DNA of 64,000 nt. Source: Haliotis asinina. Taxonomy: Eukaryota. The position numbers and the translations under genes are program-made. Shown here in pieces: positions 24,521 to 36,401 of the stretch. The first letter of the stretch is position 1. Every line of letters begins with the position of its first letter. Location: contig NC_090280.1 in assembly GCF_037392515.1 (NCBI RefSeq), forward strand, positions 54,301,037-54,365,036, in the 5' to 3' direction. The notes beneath the pieces are model-generated. The model saw nothing but the letters and a program-made list of their open reading frames with translations, did no database searches and had not been told where the DNA came from.

Positions 24521-25962
24521 AATGCACTGTTTGTGTTAGGTGTAGTGAAGGTCATAATGGCCTACATCAAAGTCCCTGTTCAGCTTCTTTGTGTTTCATT
24601 CCACAAGCAACCTTGCACAAGCACTTTAACTGTCAAAACCCTTTGTTGACTACACCATCTTCTAAAAGATGAGTGAATATCTTTTAACAAATTTCCACCC
24701 ATAGGGGCTTGTAGCACTCAACATCAAGGTATGTACCGGTACTGTCACTAACAGGGTCTGAGCACTAAAGAAAAGGAAAGGGATATACATTACACCAAGT
24801 TCGTTTCAGAGCGAATTCAACAATGTCCATTGTACGTATCCCATTAAAAGTACCTGGGTATGCACAAATTTCAAGCCATCAGATTTACCAACAAAATTAG
24901 ACAAACAGCACAAAAATAGAAGCATTACTTTGTGAGCTAGGGACTTGTGATTTCCCGATCAGAAACCATTCATGTCAGGTCATGCCTTGATAGCAGTTTT
25001 CAGCATTACAAGCCCCTGTGATTCAACAATATCCTATCAGGTGCTTATGTGGGCAATCAAACACTTGTCTTTACTGTGACTAGCAAACACTTAAAACACT
25101 ACACTACCCCAAGGCACTATATTCCATAAGGTAAAATGAAAGATATTCTTCATTTATGATGCACAACATATTGCCACATCTCAAAGTATAAGCTCTGAAA
25201 CAATACATGAGAAATGTCCTACATGTTTTTGATTGCTCTAACATGCATTTTCCAAGTTCCTTTCTTTCATTTTAAACAGAACATTAGACAAATGACAAAG
25301 AGTGTTGCTTTATTCCATTAAGTAACAACACTTCAGTGTAAACAGACTAACATACAAATCATTGTTCTTTACAATTTCTTCTGCAAACACCACAAAGCAC
25401 ATACTTACAAAACGGGAAATTCCACAGTATGTGAAAAAACAATGATGCATAAACTATTATGCTGGTCCTACTCTACAAAAAAAACCGATTGCAGAGCCTT
25501 GTGAAAGATATGTAGCAGTTATCTCCCCTTCACACACTCAATCAGGCACGGCCTTATATATCACAGCTGGTTGTTTATTGTCTCTGATGGGTGCAAACAG
25601 AATCATATTGCAAAAAAACAAAATTTCAATGTTAAAAGTGAGTTATCACTTTCTGTAACAAAATGATGACAAAGCAGAAATTCAGGTATGTAGGTCCTTG
25701 TCATGAATCTTGTCATGATGGTCTGTTACAGTGAGCATATGTAGTGTCATTCAGTCAAATAATAACAATAATGTCAGTAGTATGTACACCATGAGCACTT
25801 CAGTCATTCTCAGGGATACGTCATTGCTAGAAGCTTTACACAGATCGACATTCTCAATTATATCATTCTGATACTCGAACACAAGGACACACAAGTGTCC
25901 CCGCCAACATCAATAGACCAATCAATTTCATTTCTTTGTGTTAACCAATCAAAATGCACTGT

Positions 25963-26307
25963 TTATGCTTCATCTTCCTCATCGCTTTCCCCAGTTCTGC
26001 GCTTCTTGTATGGCACCACTCCACCAATGAGGCCATTGGCTGTGTTGAACAGGTTGATTGGTGTGCTGCCATCTGTTATGAGCGTGGACTTCAATCCCAG
26101 CGACTGCAGCAACTTCACCTGCAACTCCGGCCCTGCGGCAGCCATCGTACGCAGAGTGTCTGCACCCACTGCATTGACCATCTCCTTGAACTTCTGGGTC
26201 TCAATGCTTGATATCTCACGAGATTTCTCAAGTTCAAGGTCATTTTGTTCCTTGACATACCTCAGTTCAGCATCACGTGCTTGGGTGAGACGTTCTAGTT
26301 CGGACTC
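25963..26307 (-). CDS. MVP: Major vault protein, last coding exon 14 ([18 protein letters not shown]...[49 protein letters not shown])
   Basis: Acceptor gaatgcag|GAG on the - strand, stop TAA at 25965-25963. Matches the human MVP C-terminus ([36 protein letters not shown]). Confidence 0.9.
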   Translation of the reverse strand, partial: ESELERLTQARDAELRYVKEQNDLELEKSREISSIETQKFKEMVNAVGADTLRTMAAAGPELQVKLLQSLGLKSTLITDGSTPINLFNTANGLIGGVVPYKKRRTGESDEEDEA

Positions 26308-26627
26308 CTGCATTCAAAATATCGAAACCAAAATGTCAATAGCGATACTAATAAAGACCGCAACAACATGTAATATATCATTCGATGTAACTTATGATCC
26401 AGAAAGAAAGTATAAATCATTTCAGTCCAATCATTAGAATGATTTCTGTCAACCATGTCATTAATGTAATCAAAGCCTTCATGCTAGTAATAAGTTGACA
26501 GATTCCATCAGGAAAGATGACTGCCCATATTACAGAAATAAAGGACACGGAGACCAATAGACATTGCAGATATGTTGGAGTACCTTTGGCAATCAGGCAC
26601 TGAATAGCAGAAACTAGTCAAACTTAC

Positions 26628-26871
26628 AGCTTCAATCTTCATGGCCTGTGCCTTGAGCTTAGCCTGGTCTACAGCAGCCTCTCCCTCGATCTTGGCAGCT
26701 TCAGCACGGGACTGAGCCTCTGCCTTGGCCTGTCCAGTACTCTCCACAGCAGCACTGTTGGCCTGCAACTCAAGGAGCTCCTTGCGGGACCTCTCAGCCT
26801 CTGCCTCATCGCTGATCTTCTGACGCTCCAGACGACCCTTGGCTTCCTGCTCTAAACGCTCAGCTTCATGT
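26628..26871 (-). CDS. MVP: MVP coding exon 13 ([82 protein letters not shown])
   Basis: Acceptor cttcccag|A, donor GCT|gtaagt. Matches human [66 protein letters not shown]. Confidence 0.9.
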
Positions 26872-26882
26872 CTGGGAAGTCG

Positions 26883-27068
26883 AAGTAGTAGTGAGTGAGT
26901 GAGCGAGTAAGCAGGTGGTTTTACACCACTTTTAGCAATATTCCAGCAATATTACAGCGGTGGACACCAGAAATGAGCTTTACACATAGTACCCATGAGA
27001 GGAATCAAACCAGAGTGTTTGGCATAACAAGCAATTGCTTTAACCACTATGCTACCCTACCGCCCCCA
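26883..27068 (-). mobile_element. SINE family 1 copy in MVP intron 12. Its (CTCA)n tail lies directly upstream of the exon 13 acceptor
   Basis: agtgagtgagtgagcgagtaagcaggtggttttacaccacttttagcaatattccagcaatattacagcggtggacaccagaaatgagc...accactatgctaccctaccgcccc. Confidence 0.7.
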
Positions 27069-27369
27069 CAAAGATAAGCAACAAATGATTGTAGAACTGT
27101 TCTGTGATGGAGTAGGATTAATCAAACACCTAATGCTGGTATTTAAGTATATTGCAAAAAGCACTGTCCCTTACATTCTCCAACTTTAAAGCATTTTAAG
27201 CATTGACCATTGATAAACACTAACAATTCAATGTAAGTTGTTAAATGAAACGACTTCCATAAAACGAGTGGTTTTATCTGCACATCACCCCTCCCTTTCT
27301 AAAAACTGTGTAACAATAGTTTCTTGTCTCAATTAGCCATTTTATGGAAAACATGGTTGCCATAGTTAC

Positions 27370-27581
27370 CTGGCAGCAGCTTCCTGTGAGTTGGTGGTGA
27401 TTTCAATGGCGAGCTGCACAGACTTCATCAGAGAATCCCGTGTTCGCTGATCAACAGGCTCCACAGACTGAATGTCAATACTGGTGATGAAGAGGTTGTT
27501 CTGGGGGAAGGTGAACTTCTCCTTCACTTTGTTCTTGTCATCAAGACCAAAAACAGATGCACGGATGATCTTGGCAGAGTT
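27370..27581 (-). CDS. MVP: MVP coding exon 12 ([70 protein letters not shown])
   Basis: Acceptor attttacag|AAC, donor CCAG|gtaact. Matches human NSARIIRTAVFGF...[47 protein letters not shown]. Confidence 0.9.
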
Positions 27582-27956
27582 CTGTAAAATATAGTAGATA
27601 GATAAACATATTTGTTAAAATAATTAAAATTACATAACAACATTAAATTATGTTTCTTATCACTGACAGCTCAAGGATGATGGCTGAAATTTCTGTAAGA
27701 TTTTCAAACCAGGGATTGGCAGTATGAACAGACAGCTCAGCAACTCTTTCAGTCCTCCATTGCGACATTCTACAATCTCAGCAAGACTTTGACCTTAACT
27801 TGCCAAGAATACCGAAGAGCTGTCCAACATTATATGTCTTAAATATTCACTTGACAACTGGAACTGACGGAGCTTGGTCGGGTTTTGATGTTGCAGTTAA
27901 AGAACTTGCAAAAAACATGAGAAATAACACATCTATTATGGACTATAATGGACACA

Positions 27957-27971
27957 GAGACACACACACAC

Positions 27972-28004
<33 letters not shown>

Positions 28005-28030
28005 TGCACGCACACACACACACACAAAAA
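27957..28030. repeat. (CA)n/(CACG)n alternating purine-pyrimidine microsatellite followed by A8, in MVP intron 11
   Basis: cacacacacacgcgcacgcacgcacgcacgcacgcacgcacgcatgcacgcacacacacacacacaaaaaaaa. Confidence 0.9.
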
Positions 28031-28090
28031 AAAGAATGGAATAGCATAACATCTATAATCCATATCTCTATTGTAGTGTATAAAACTCAC

Positions 28091-28232
28091 TTTATGGAAA
28101 TCATCGAACTGGACCTGCGCGACAGCTCCTCGGACACGTGAAGCAATGGCCTTGCAGGCATCACCTGTGAAGTCTGGAACGCTAAACAGTTTAGCTGCCT
28201 CCCCTTCAGACTTCTCAGACACTTCAAAATGC
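28091..28232 (-). CDS. MVP: MVP coding exon 11 ([47 protein letters not shown])
   Basis: Acceptor cctgtgcag|G, donor AAA|gtgagt. Matches human [35 protein letters not shown]. Confidence 0.9.
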
Positions 28233-28755
28233 CTGCACAGGAAAACATGATGTCAGAAATGGTTCTTTGTCTGACTTAATTCACAAGTTAGGAAATGGAC
28301 ATTACCAAGTACCATCTGAAGATGCTGTGATTAAGCAATTAATTGTGGCCCTATGCACAGAGTCCAGGTCACTAATCAGTTGGAAGTTAAGCAACAGTGG
28401 TCACAGAAAGTCTTTGAACGTGTGACAGTGTTTCGTAACATGACTCCTGAGAGTTTTTAAGACTTCTGTCTCATACGTGTCTCTTCTAAGGCAAGTGAGT
28501 TTTTTCAAACTTGCCTCTGTTTACAGAGCAGTGAATGGGTACTCGGTGGGATAAGTCAAATGACTGTTCCCCTTCTCTTCACTTCACTGACAGCTTGAGA
28601 TTAAAAATTATGGCTCAGCATTTAGGGAAAGCATAAGTGTGGGGGTGCATGTGCTATATAAATGGCCCTTACTATAATGTGAACTTTGCTCCAACCAATC
28701 ACTATCACTAAACAGCTTCCATCCTTGCATGTATTGCTCCTAGGAGCCAACTCAC

Positions 28756-28953
28756 CAGTTGTATGACAGCTGAAGAGACAGACGGGCGTGGTCAGCTGTC
28801 TCCACAATGATGATATCAGTACAGAAATCTGGTCCCAGAAGCAAGCACAGACTCTTGATGACGTTGGGTTTCTTTGGCTTGCCACCAGACAGACTGAGCT
28901 GTGTGAACTGCTCGTCAGGTCCCAACATCACCAGTTCAGGTCCAAACACAACC
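28756..28953 (-). CDS. MVP: MVP coding exon 10 ([66 protein letters not shown])
   Basis: Acceptor gttgcag|G, donor ACTG|gtgagt. Matches human [66 protein letters not shown]. Confidence 0.9.
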
Positions 28954-29805
28954 CTGCAACACAACATGACCTTCTTGTAAACTGTCCATCAGGTTAAACA
29001 AAACTATACGTAAATGCATTTTACGATCAAAGACTTGATGACACGACTGAGAAACAAACATGATAATGAAGATTCAAATACTGGACGTGGAAATCAAATT
29101 TTTTCTGTAACAAACAATCTCTTCCTACAGAGGTTACACCTGTCATATCTTCCTTCCTAACCTCTGTTCTAATATGGCCCTTTCATGGTGCGACTGTTCT
29201 GGATTCTGTTGCAATCAGATTTAGGTGTGCAATCATCGACCTTGTTTCAAAATTGATCATTTGAAAAGCTTTGACGATAAAACTAGAAGCAATTCCCAAG
29301 CACAATGCGCCAACATTTCATTTAGACAGAACCCACTCATATATCTCAATGGTATCTCCACACCTTTTGTTGACAACAAACAAGCTATCCATTAAATGTC
29401 TTAAGTGTCACATCAACAAAAACATGTTGTTGATTGATTCCTGCACTCTCAACTGCCTTAATTTCTCCTTCTAAGTTAAACATGAAATACCAAATATATC
29501 CTTGGCACGTTGATCAACAAACTCCATGGCCGCCACCATATATATTGGATCTGAGTCGATATAACATGTGAGCAGAATGGATAGGAAGAAGAGAGATACT
29601 TTGTGTTGTGATTTTTGGCCACTAAGGGATTTTACGAGAAAACGGAAAATGTAGCCGTATCAGAACAGTGGTTACATAGGAACATATGACAGGAGTAACC
29701 TCTAAGGGAAGAGAGTGCCATAAGGATGTACTGGCTAAATTCTTTGACACAAGGGGTGTGGGTAGCCTTTAGTGAAAGCATTCCCTTGTCACACCAAAGA
29801 ATCAC

Positions 29806-29968
29806 TTGTTTGTTTGTTGTTAAACACTGTACTAAGCAATCTTTCAGCTATATGGTAGCTGTCTGGACCAGACAATCCAGTGATCAACAGCATGAGCATC
29901 AACCTACACATTTGGGAGACAATGACCTGTCAACCATGTCACCGACCCTGATCTTCTGATTCCAGTAG
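29806..29968 (-). mobile_element. SINE family 2 fragment in MVP intron 9
   Basis: agcaatctttcagctatatggtagctgtctggaccagacaatccagtgatcaacagcatgagcatcaacctacacatttggg. Confidence 0.6.
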
Positions 29969-30151
29969 TCGGCGCCAAGTGAACCCAAAACATCATTAAT
30001 CAATTTGCATTATATCAAATGGTTCTGCAAACATCTCATTATCACCTGAATCAGAGAGCAGTAATTGTGTGGAATCACAAATTTTTCCATCTGATTGAGT
30101 GTCTGTTTCAGAAAATCCCAAATTTTTGTCTGGCATTGAAGGGCAACTCAC

Positions 30152-30387
30152 CTAGCCTTCTTCTCCTTGTAGTCGTAGATCTGGACTGCTGCATTGTGGG
30201 GTACTCTGAAGGTCACAACACGTGTCTTGTCCCGTGCCTTAGCTGCAACTTCTCGTCCCCTGTCACCACGGTCAGCAAGAGGGTCCTTGCCCTGGGCGAT
30301 GAGATTCTCTACGATTGGAGGAAGTGTCTTTTCCCACAATTCCTCATCCTGATTCAACATGTAGGTCTCTCCCGTGATGGCACGCAC
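30152..30387 (-). CDS. MVP: MVP coding exon 9 ([78 protein letters not shown])
   Basis: Acceptor gatctcag|GTG, donor GCTAG|gtgagt. Matches human [41 protein letters not shown]...[24 protein letters not shown]. Confidence 0.9.
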
Positions 30388-30605
30388 CTGAGATCAGGTA
30401 CAATAGAGGAAGGTCATGTTGCGATCTGGGTATCATTCATTCTTTAGCAATATTCCTATATGAGGGCAATTTGTAAATATCTGGGTCTGGGCAAGAAAAT
30501 CCAGTAACTGACATGGTGAACATCGACCTATAACTTTTGGATGTCATGCAGCCAACAAGCTGTTGGTTTCACTTTTTAAAAATGAACAAATCAATTTTCA
30601 TGTAC

Positions 30606-30755
30606 CTTGCCAGATTTGATGTCCCGGACATATATACCCTCATTCTCGTCCAGTGGGATGGCTTGGCGCTTCATCACCACCTCCACCTCTACAGGAGGAA
30701 CATACTCTGTGGGCCCTCGGATCATCCATCGATCGCCAGGGTTGCGCTCACTTCC
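30606..30755 (-). CDS. MVP: MVP coding exon 8 ([50 protein letters not shown])
   Basis: Acceptor ttctgaag|G, donor AAG|gtacat. Matches human [44 protein letters not shown]. Confidence 0.9.
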
Positions 30756-31164
30756 CTTCAGAAAACAAAAACCACATTAATCTGCGTCCACGAACTTCAA
30801 CCATTCTTATTCTTTTCAATATTTTGTATGTCACTATTATATGCAATGACAGTGTGGCTGAATAAAGGCTAGATACTCATACTAGTCCACTTCTCTGACA
30901 TTTTTACAAGTACTGAGGACAACTATAACTAGAACGACAATAGTTCTTTATGACTGGTAACACTTGTTGGTATAATTCTCATACAGTTACATTTAGGTAA
31001 GATCGCACTGGACCTGTGAATAGTGTTAAAAAGGTCAATTTCACATCAGTATTTTTGACATATCACCAATGGTACACAGAAAATGAAATTGCTGTTGGGG
31101 TTCCAGTGTGGAAAAATGATGTTACTGTGTTGTCAGTTGTGTAGAAAATAGTTTTACTACTTAC

Positions 31165-31290
31165 TGCATCCTTGTCCTTGAAGCACTCATTAGCCCTGAG
31201 AATGAGACCTTCATCTTCTCCCAGGATGTACACGTTCTGAATTCCCTTCTCAAGACGCTCTCCAGGCAACAAGAAGAATGATTTCTCTCC
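31165..31290 (-). CDS. MVP: MVP coding exon 7 ([42 protein letters not shown])
   Basis: Acceptor ctttcag|G, donor GCA|gtaagt. Matches human [35 protein letters not shown]. Confidence 0.9.
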
Positions 31291-31468
31291 CTGAAAGAAG
31301 GAAAAAAAATTTCATTTTGAACATGCTCAATCCAATCAGACACAGACCGCAAAAAGATGGTTTTTAGAATACATTAAAAATGAAAATGTAATTTTCTTGA
31401 AGTTTATGCCTTTACAAGATGGGTAAGAGACAATTTGGGTGTGTGTAATGTTATGGAAAGAGAGTCAC

Positions 31469-31579
31469 CTTGATGAGCTTCTTTCTTCCAAGCTGTGGTT
31501 TTCCACTCTCGTCCGTTGGGTCCAGGATCACACAGTACTGGCGGTTGGTTAGAGTGGTGATGTTCACCACACCCACAAC
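31469..31579 (-). CDS. MVP: MVP coding exon 6 ([37 protein letters not shown])
   Basis: Acceptor tgtttcag|G, donor AAG|gtgact. Matches human [37 protein letters not shown]. Confidence 0.9.
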
Positions 31580-31773
31580 CTGAAACACATACACACTGGT
31601 AACAGCAGGTACAATAGTTGTATGATCCCCAGGGAGTTGAGATTGATAACAAAATGTGCCATCTGAGATTGACCTCCAGTCATTGAGGGAAAGACAAAGA
31701 GCCTTTGACCAACTGAACTGGATATTGATGTTATACAAATATTAGAATACACTGTAATACATCAAGTGCTGGG

Positions 31774-31926
31774 TAACTGGGATTAGCCCAGTGTTTAAAG
31801 TGTTTGCCCTGAAGACCCAGGTTTGATTCCCTTCATGGGTACAATGTTTGAAGCCAATTTCTGGTGTCCCTGCTGTGATGTGCTGGAATATTGCAAAAAG
31901 TGCCATCAAAACAAACTCATTCGTTC
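31774..31926 (+). mobile_element. SINE family 1 copy in MVP intron 5 (antisense to the gene)
   Basis: gggattagcccagtgtttaaagtgtttgccctgaagacccaggtttgattcccttcatgggtacaatgtttgaagccaatttctggtgtccctgctgtgatgtgctggaatattgcaaaaagtgcc. Confidence 0.7.
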
Positions 31927-32284
31927 AGAGCTCAAAACACTGAAAAATGACCTATTAGGAACACATTTTGACATGAATCTATTTTATGGGTAGACCCTGA
32001 AAGTATCACAGCTGTATGGCTGACAGCCGAACCACTTGACCAGATAGGGCCATACTCACATGCACAGGACTGACATAAGATTTACTAACAAATGTGCTTC
32101 TAAATGCCCATCAGCCACATATTTCCCATACATATTTTTCCCTCAGGATCAACAACATTTTTAAAAATCTTTTAGCATTCCTGAGAAGTTAAAAAAAAAA
32201 ATTACACTTTTTATCATTTTGGGGGAAAGTGCATGGAATGTCAAGGGAGAACAATGTAGTATTGTGTGTATGTTTCAGCATTAC

Positions 32285-32410
32285 CTCCTCGTACACGCCG
32301 GGGATGTGGGTCTCGGTGTCCTTCATGGTGATCAACCATTCTTCACCATTTTTCCTCACGATGGAGAAGTCATCTTTGAATGTCTTCAGTGAACGCATGT
32401 GAAGGGCTTT
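32285..32410 (-). CDS. MVP: MVP coding exon 5 (KALHMRSLKTFKDDFSIVRKNGEEWLITMKDTETHIPGVYEE)
   Basis: Acceptor gtttgcag|A, donor GAG|gtaatg. Matches human [42 protein letters not shown]. Confidence 0.9.
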
Positions 32411-32794
32411 CTGCAAACACAAATCAATACAACAGTGATAATCATGATCTCCCCACATGGAATTTCTTCCACACATCTGCCAAAATATTCAATGATCAAC
32501 AGTAACTGACACTTGCATTAAGGCAAAAACATCATTTTGCACAAAAAAGTATATATCTTTGAAATAACCCTTCAGTTGAACACAATGTAAGTCCTACTCA
32601 GATGAAACAACCATAAATCTTTTATGAAATGGCATAATATTGTCCTCCCATACCACAGAAACTCATACTACACGGAGTCATGATATCAGAACTTGAGTTG
32701 AAAACATTTCACAGTGTATACATACTATGGCACGTTTCTTTCATTGTTAGTCAGTAATACTTAAATCTATGACGGTCTGATAGAAATAATTTAA

Positions 32795-33035
32795 TCTGGA
32801 CCAGACAATCCAGTGATTCATATTGTGAAGAACAAGTCATGGTGTCTGTCAATGATGGAGGGGGAAGGGATGTTGCTGAATGCCCCACCCAGCAATATTC
32901 CAGCTGATGGGGGTCTGTAAATAATTAAGTCTGGACCAGCCAATCCAGTGATCAACATGAGCATCGATCTACGCAACTGGTATACGATGATATCAGTCAA
33001 CAAGTCAGTCTACCCGATCCTGGAAGCTGCCTCTT
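32795..33035 (+). mobile_element. SINE family 2 copy in MVP intron 4
   Basis: ccacccagcaatattccagctgatgggggtctgtaaataattaagtctggaccagccaatccagtgatcaacatgagcatcgatctacgcaactgg...caacaagtcagtc. Confidence 0.65.
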
Positions 33036-33116
33036 ACAACAAGCATGATATGCTGAAAATCAGTTCTAACCCGTATATTCACAAGTTTATAAATAAGCAA
33101 AATGCAGACAACTTAC

Positions 33117-33343
33117 CTTCTCTGTGAGGACATAAGCATTGACAACATCGACAACCTCCTCATATGCTCCTGGGAGATAAGCTCCGGTCTTCTTAACCAG
33201 CCATTCCTCCCCTGTGACCCGGGCACTGCCGTCACGGTCAAGGCATTCTTTGCGAGCCCTGAGGCGGATAGCCTGATTTGGCTTGATGACAGTGGCTCTG
33301 ATTGTCTCCTCAACCACTACTTCTTTGCGAGGGATGTATGTGC
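33117..33343 (-). CDS. MVP: MVP coding exon 4 ([75 protein letters not shown])
   Basis: Acceptor tttttcag|GC, donor AAG|gtaagt. Matches human [49 protein letters not shown]. Confidence 0.9.
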
Positions 33344-33413
33344 CTGAAAAATTATGTTAGATTTAAATTCATAATCCAATCAAAATGGATTTGACAAATA
33401 GCAGCTCTGACTC

Positions 33414-33545
33414 TCAACTTAACAGTTAAAGCATGCCAGTTCAATCCACACATGGCCACAATGTATGAAGTCCATTTCTGGTGTCCCCCGCCATGAGATA
33501 TTGTTGGAATATCTCTAAAAGTAGAATAAAACTAAACACACTATC
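33414..33545 (+). mobile_element. SINE family 1 copy (partial) in MVP intron 3
   Basis: cagttaaagcatgccagttcaatccacacatggccacaatgtatgaagtccatttctggtgtcccccgccatgagatattgttggaatatctctaaaagtagaataaaactaaacac. Confidence 0.6.
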
Positions 33546-34624
33546 ATGTAGATATGCATTTTAAATGGATGAAAACAACCTTGTTCTCTGAACTGATATA
33601 TAACCACTCCAAGTTTCCAATTATATCACATGATGTAATATTTATCACATAAATGTAATAATTTTCACATTATCTGGGTTTTTTTAAGGATCAATGCCAA
33701 AGTATCCATTTTCTTCAGTCCCCATAATTTGTTCCCACAGACACTGCAGCAAGTGAATAAAACTCATTCATATGTGGTTGAATGAACAATGTCATCTTTG
33801 TTTTAAATGTAATCCATTATACACAAGCTTAACCAAAATGTGTAACTGTTGTAAGATGTGACATCACTTTTGTCAATATGTTTTACATTTTCACAAACAT
33901 GCAAATAAAACCCAGTTGGAGTATATCAGGAATATACATCCCTTGGTTCTGTTTATTGTGTACCATATCTAACTGGCTGCCTACACTGTTGAAAAATGAC
34001 ACTAATTTATGTCACTGTACAAGAATAAGCCTTAGTCATGTAGAATCAGATTTCCCAGAGTTTCATCATGCCTTGCACCACCATCTGCCAACACTCTGTC
34101 TAGGCTTGTTACCTCCCCTGGCACCTGTCATGAATGCCTTTATCAAAATCTATTTTAAGAGACTGATTCAGGGTCTGCTTGAGCTACAGTTCTGGTGCTG
34201 TACACATGACCAAATATGTAAACCTGCTTGTGAATTAACATAATATGGTTCGTTCAATTCTCAGGCTGGCAAAACCAAACAGTATACATGATTTACATAA
34301 TGTAATATATTTCAATAGAACTGAATACAACACTTTTTAAGCTTAATTCAACCTTCAATTTCTTCAGCTGTTTTTATCTGATTTGTACTTTTGTCATTAA
34401 ATTGCTAACATCAAACAACACTACATGCCCAAATGCACAAAACGATTATAGTACTAGTATCAGTAGCATAAAGTATGTTAAAGTATGGGCATTATTCTGA
34501 CTAGCAATGCTAAAAATCTGGCAAGTAGATTTGTTTTGATGTCCCAAAGGTGTCTCTGCTTTACATATCATTTTGTTAACACTTTTAATGAAAGACCTGA
34601 GGTCATTTTAACTGCTGTACACAC

Positions 34625-34748
34625 CTGGTCCCTCAAACAACCACTCGTCACCAGCTGTCCTCTTCTCCCCAGTCTCATCTTCAAAGTCCAAGATGGACCT
34701 CAGACGGAGTGCCGAGTTTGCAGGAACTACTTTAAGTGGTGTGACAGG
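34625..34748 (-). CDS. MVP: MVP coding exon 3 ([42 protein letters not shown])
   Basis: Acceptor cattgcag|C, donor CCAG|gtgtgt. Matches human [41 protein letters not shown]. Confidence 0.9.
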
Positions 34749-35076
34749 CTGCAATGCAGATTTAAGTATCACATAAAGAGTATATACCATAGAATACACA
34801 TACTACTCAGATAGCCAGATATGGATTGTATGGATTAACAAAAAACATCCATATCAAAGGTTGTGCAGCATATTCCAAATTCTATCAACTAATTAGTTCA
34901 TTTGAGTTATTTTGAAGGATAAAGCACTTTTTTTCTTTTCATAAATGAGCTATTAGCCTCTGTTAATATAAATCTCAAGTTGGGTTATAAATCGTTTATA
35001 GAATATTCTTCCATGTCAGTACCAAATGTAAACAAACAGACAGATTGGTCCTGCTGATATCAGTATGCATTCCTAC

Positions 35077-35272
35077 CTGTTTAAGCACCTCTCCAGGGTA
35101 CAGGGGGAAGGGGTCCTGGGCAAGACGGATCTCCTGATCAGCGTGGAACAGTTTGGCCTGTCCACTCTCATTGCACACAATTTGGTCGTCCTTGTTACGG
35201 ACAACAGGGTTCTCAACGACGCAGTAGTGCCGAGGAGGCACCACAATCATCTTTTCAGGACCAAGGACAATC
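35077..35272 (-). CDS. MVP: MVP coding exon 2 ([65 protein letters not shown])
   Basis: Acceptor ctcattccag|G, donor CAG|gtagga. Matches human [23 protein letters not shown]...[25 protein letters not shown]. Confidence 0.9.
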
Positions 35273-35684
35273 CTGGAATGAGTATTTACAGTCAAGAAAT
35301 GCCCCCATACTTAGTATATAATACAATACATCCACAGTGTAATATCTGAAGGAAATAACATTTCATATCAATCACTTACTCCCTGACTTTCAAGACAATG
35401 TTTATCATCACTAACTGACCATGTACCAACATTTTAAATGTTACAATGTTTACTTCACAGAAAACAAAGCTACCAAGCACTCTTCTGACATATTGATATG
35501 CTTTTCTCCAAATTCCTCTCCATGTATTTTGATACGTATCGAACCAAAATGAAGCTTGAAAATATTGGTATTTTTGTTCAAATTATGTTGTTGGCATCTG
35601 AAAAATGTTCTTTCCTGATTCAACTTTCTTCAGTCTTTCCTGCAAATACCAAAAATCCCATCTCTTTTCTACCGAACTTCTCTA

Positions 35685-35824
35685 AGACTCACCTCTCATT
35701 GTCTTGTCTGATGTATGTCTTTGGCCCAATCTCCAGCCGTGTGACATTGGTGTTCTGGTCCAAGCAGTGTATGTAGTAGTATGGAGGGATCCTGTACAAG
35801 GACTCCTCCACTGATCGTCTGGGT
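35685..35824 (-). CDS. MVP: MVP first coding exon ([46 protein letters not shown]..). The exon itself extends to 35850
   Basis: ATG at 35824-35822 (- strand). Matches human [34 protein letters not shown]. Donor GAGAG|gtgagt. Upstream acceptor tttgtttag|CTGAGG at 35850 implies a 5'UTR intron. Confidence 0.85.
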
Positions 35825-36123
35825 GCCGACATGGTGACTGTCTATAGGGTAACCTCAGCTAAACAAACAACTCTGAGTCAACATACTGGTCTGGCCACTG
35901 TGAATGTAGACAAAGGGACTGAACTCATGGTCATCCTCGTTATTTAACTGATGTGGTATATGTGCACACACAAACAGTTAAGAACATGTTCTAAGTGTGC
36001 ATAATTTCAACACAATGTCATTTATTTATCTCAGCTTTCACTCAAAACATTTTAATGAGGAATAGATAGAATTACTGGTGAAACAATATTAATATTCCTT
36101 GAGAAAGATGTGGTTCCATCTTC

Positions 36124-36350
36124 ATATATGAAGTGAGTGAATTTAGTTTTACGCCACACTCAGCAATCTTCCAGCTATATGGAGGCGGTCTGTAAATAAT
36201 TGAGCCTGGACCAGTCAATCCAGTAATCAAGAGCATGAGCATCAATCTGTGAACTTGGGAGGCGATAACATGTGTCAACCAAGTCAGCGAGTCTGATCAC
36301 TCGATCCCGTTAGTCGCCTCTTATGACAAGTATAGTCGCCTTTCATTGCT
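36124..36350 (-). mobile_element. SINE family 2 copy in the MVP 5'UTR intron
   Basis: gtgagtgaatttagttttacgccacactcagcaatcttccagctatatggaggcggtctgtaaataattgagcctggaccagtcaatccagtaatcaagagcatgagcatcaatctgtg...caaccaagtcagcgagtctg. Confidence 0.7.
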
Positions 36351-36401
36351 GAAGTCCTATTCTACCCTGGACATTCATGGGTCTCTTCCTGTATGAGTGT
36401 G

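Noticed and set aside
35685-35710. Apparent 7-bp duplication and frameshift near the end of MVP coding exon 1 (IRQ..DNER)
   Set aside because: This was my own mis-transcription of a line boundary. Re-reading 35685-35720 gives ACATACATCAGACAAGACAATGAGAG|gtgagt (TYIRQDNER) in frame. No frameshift exists.
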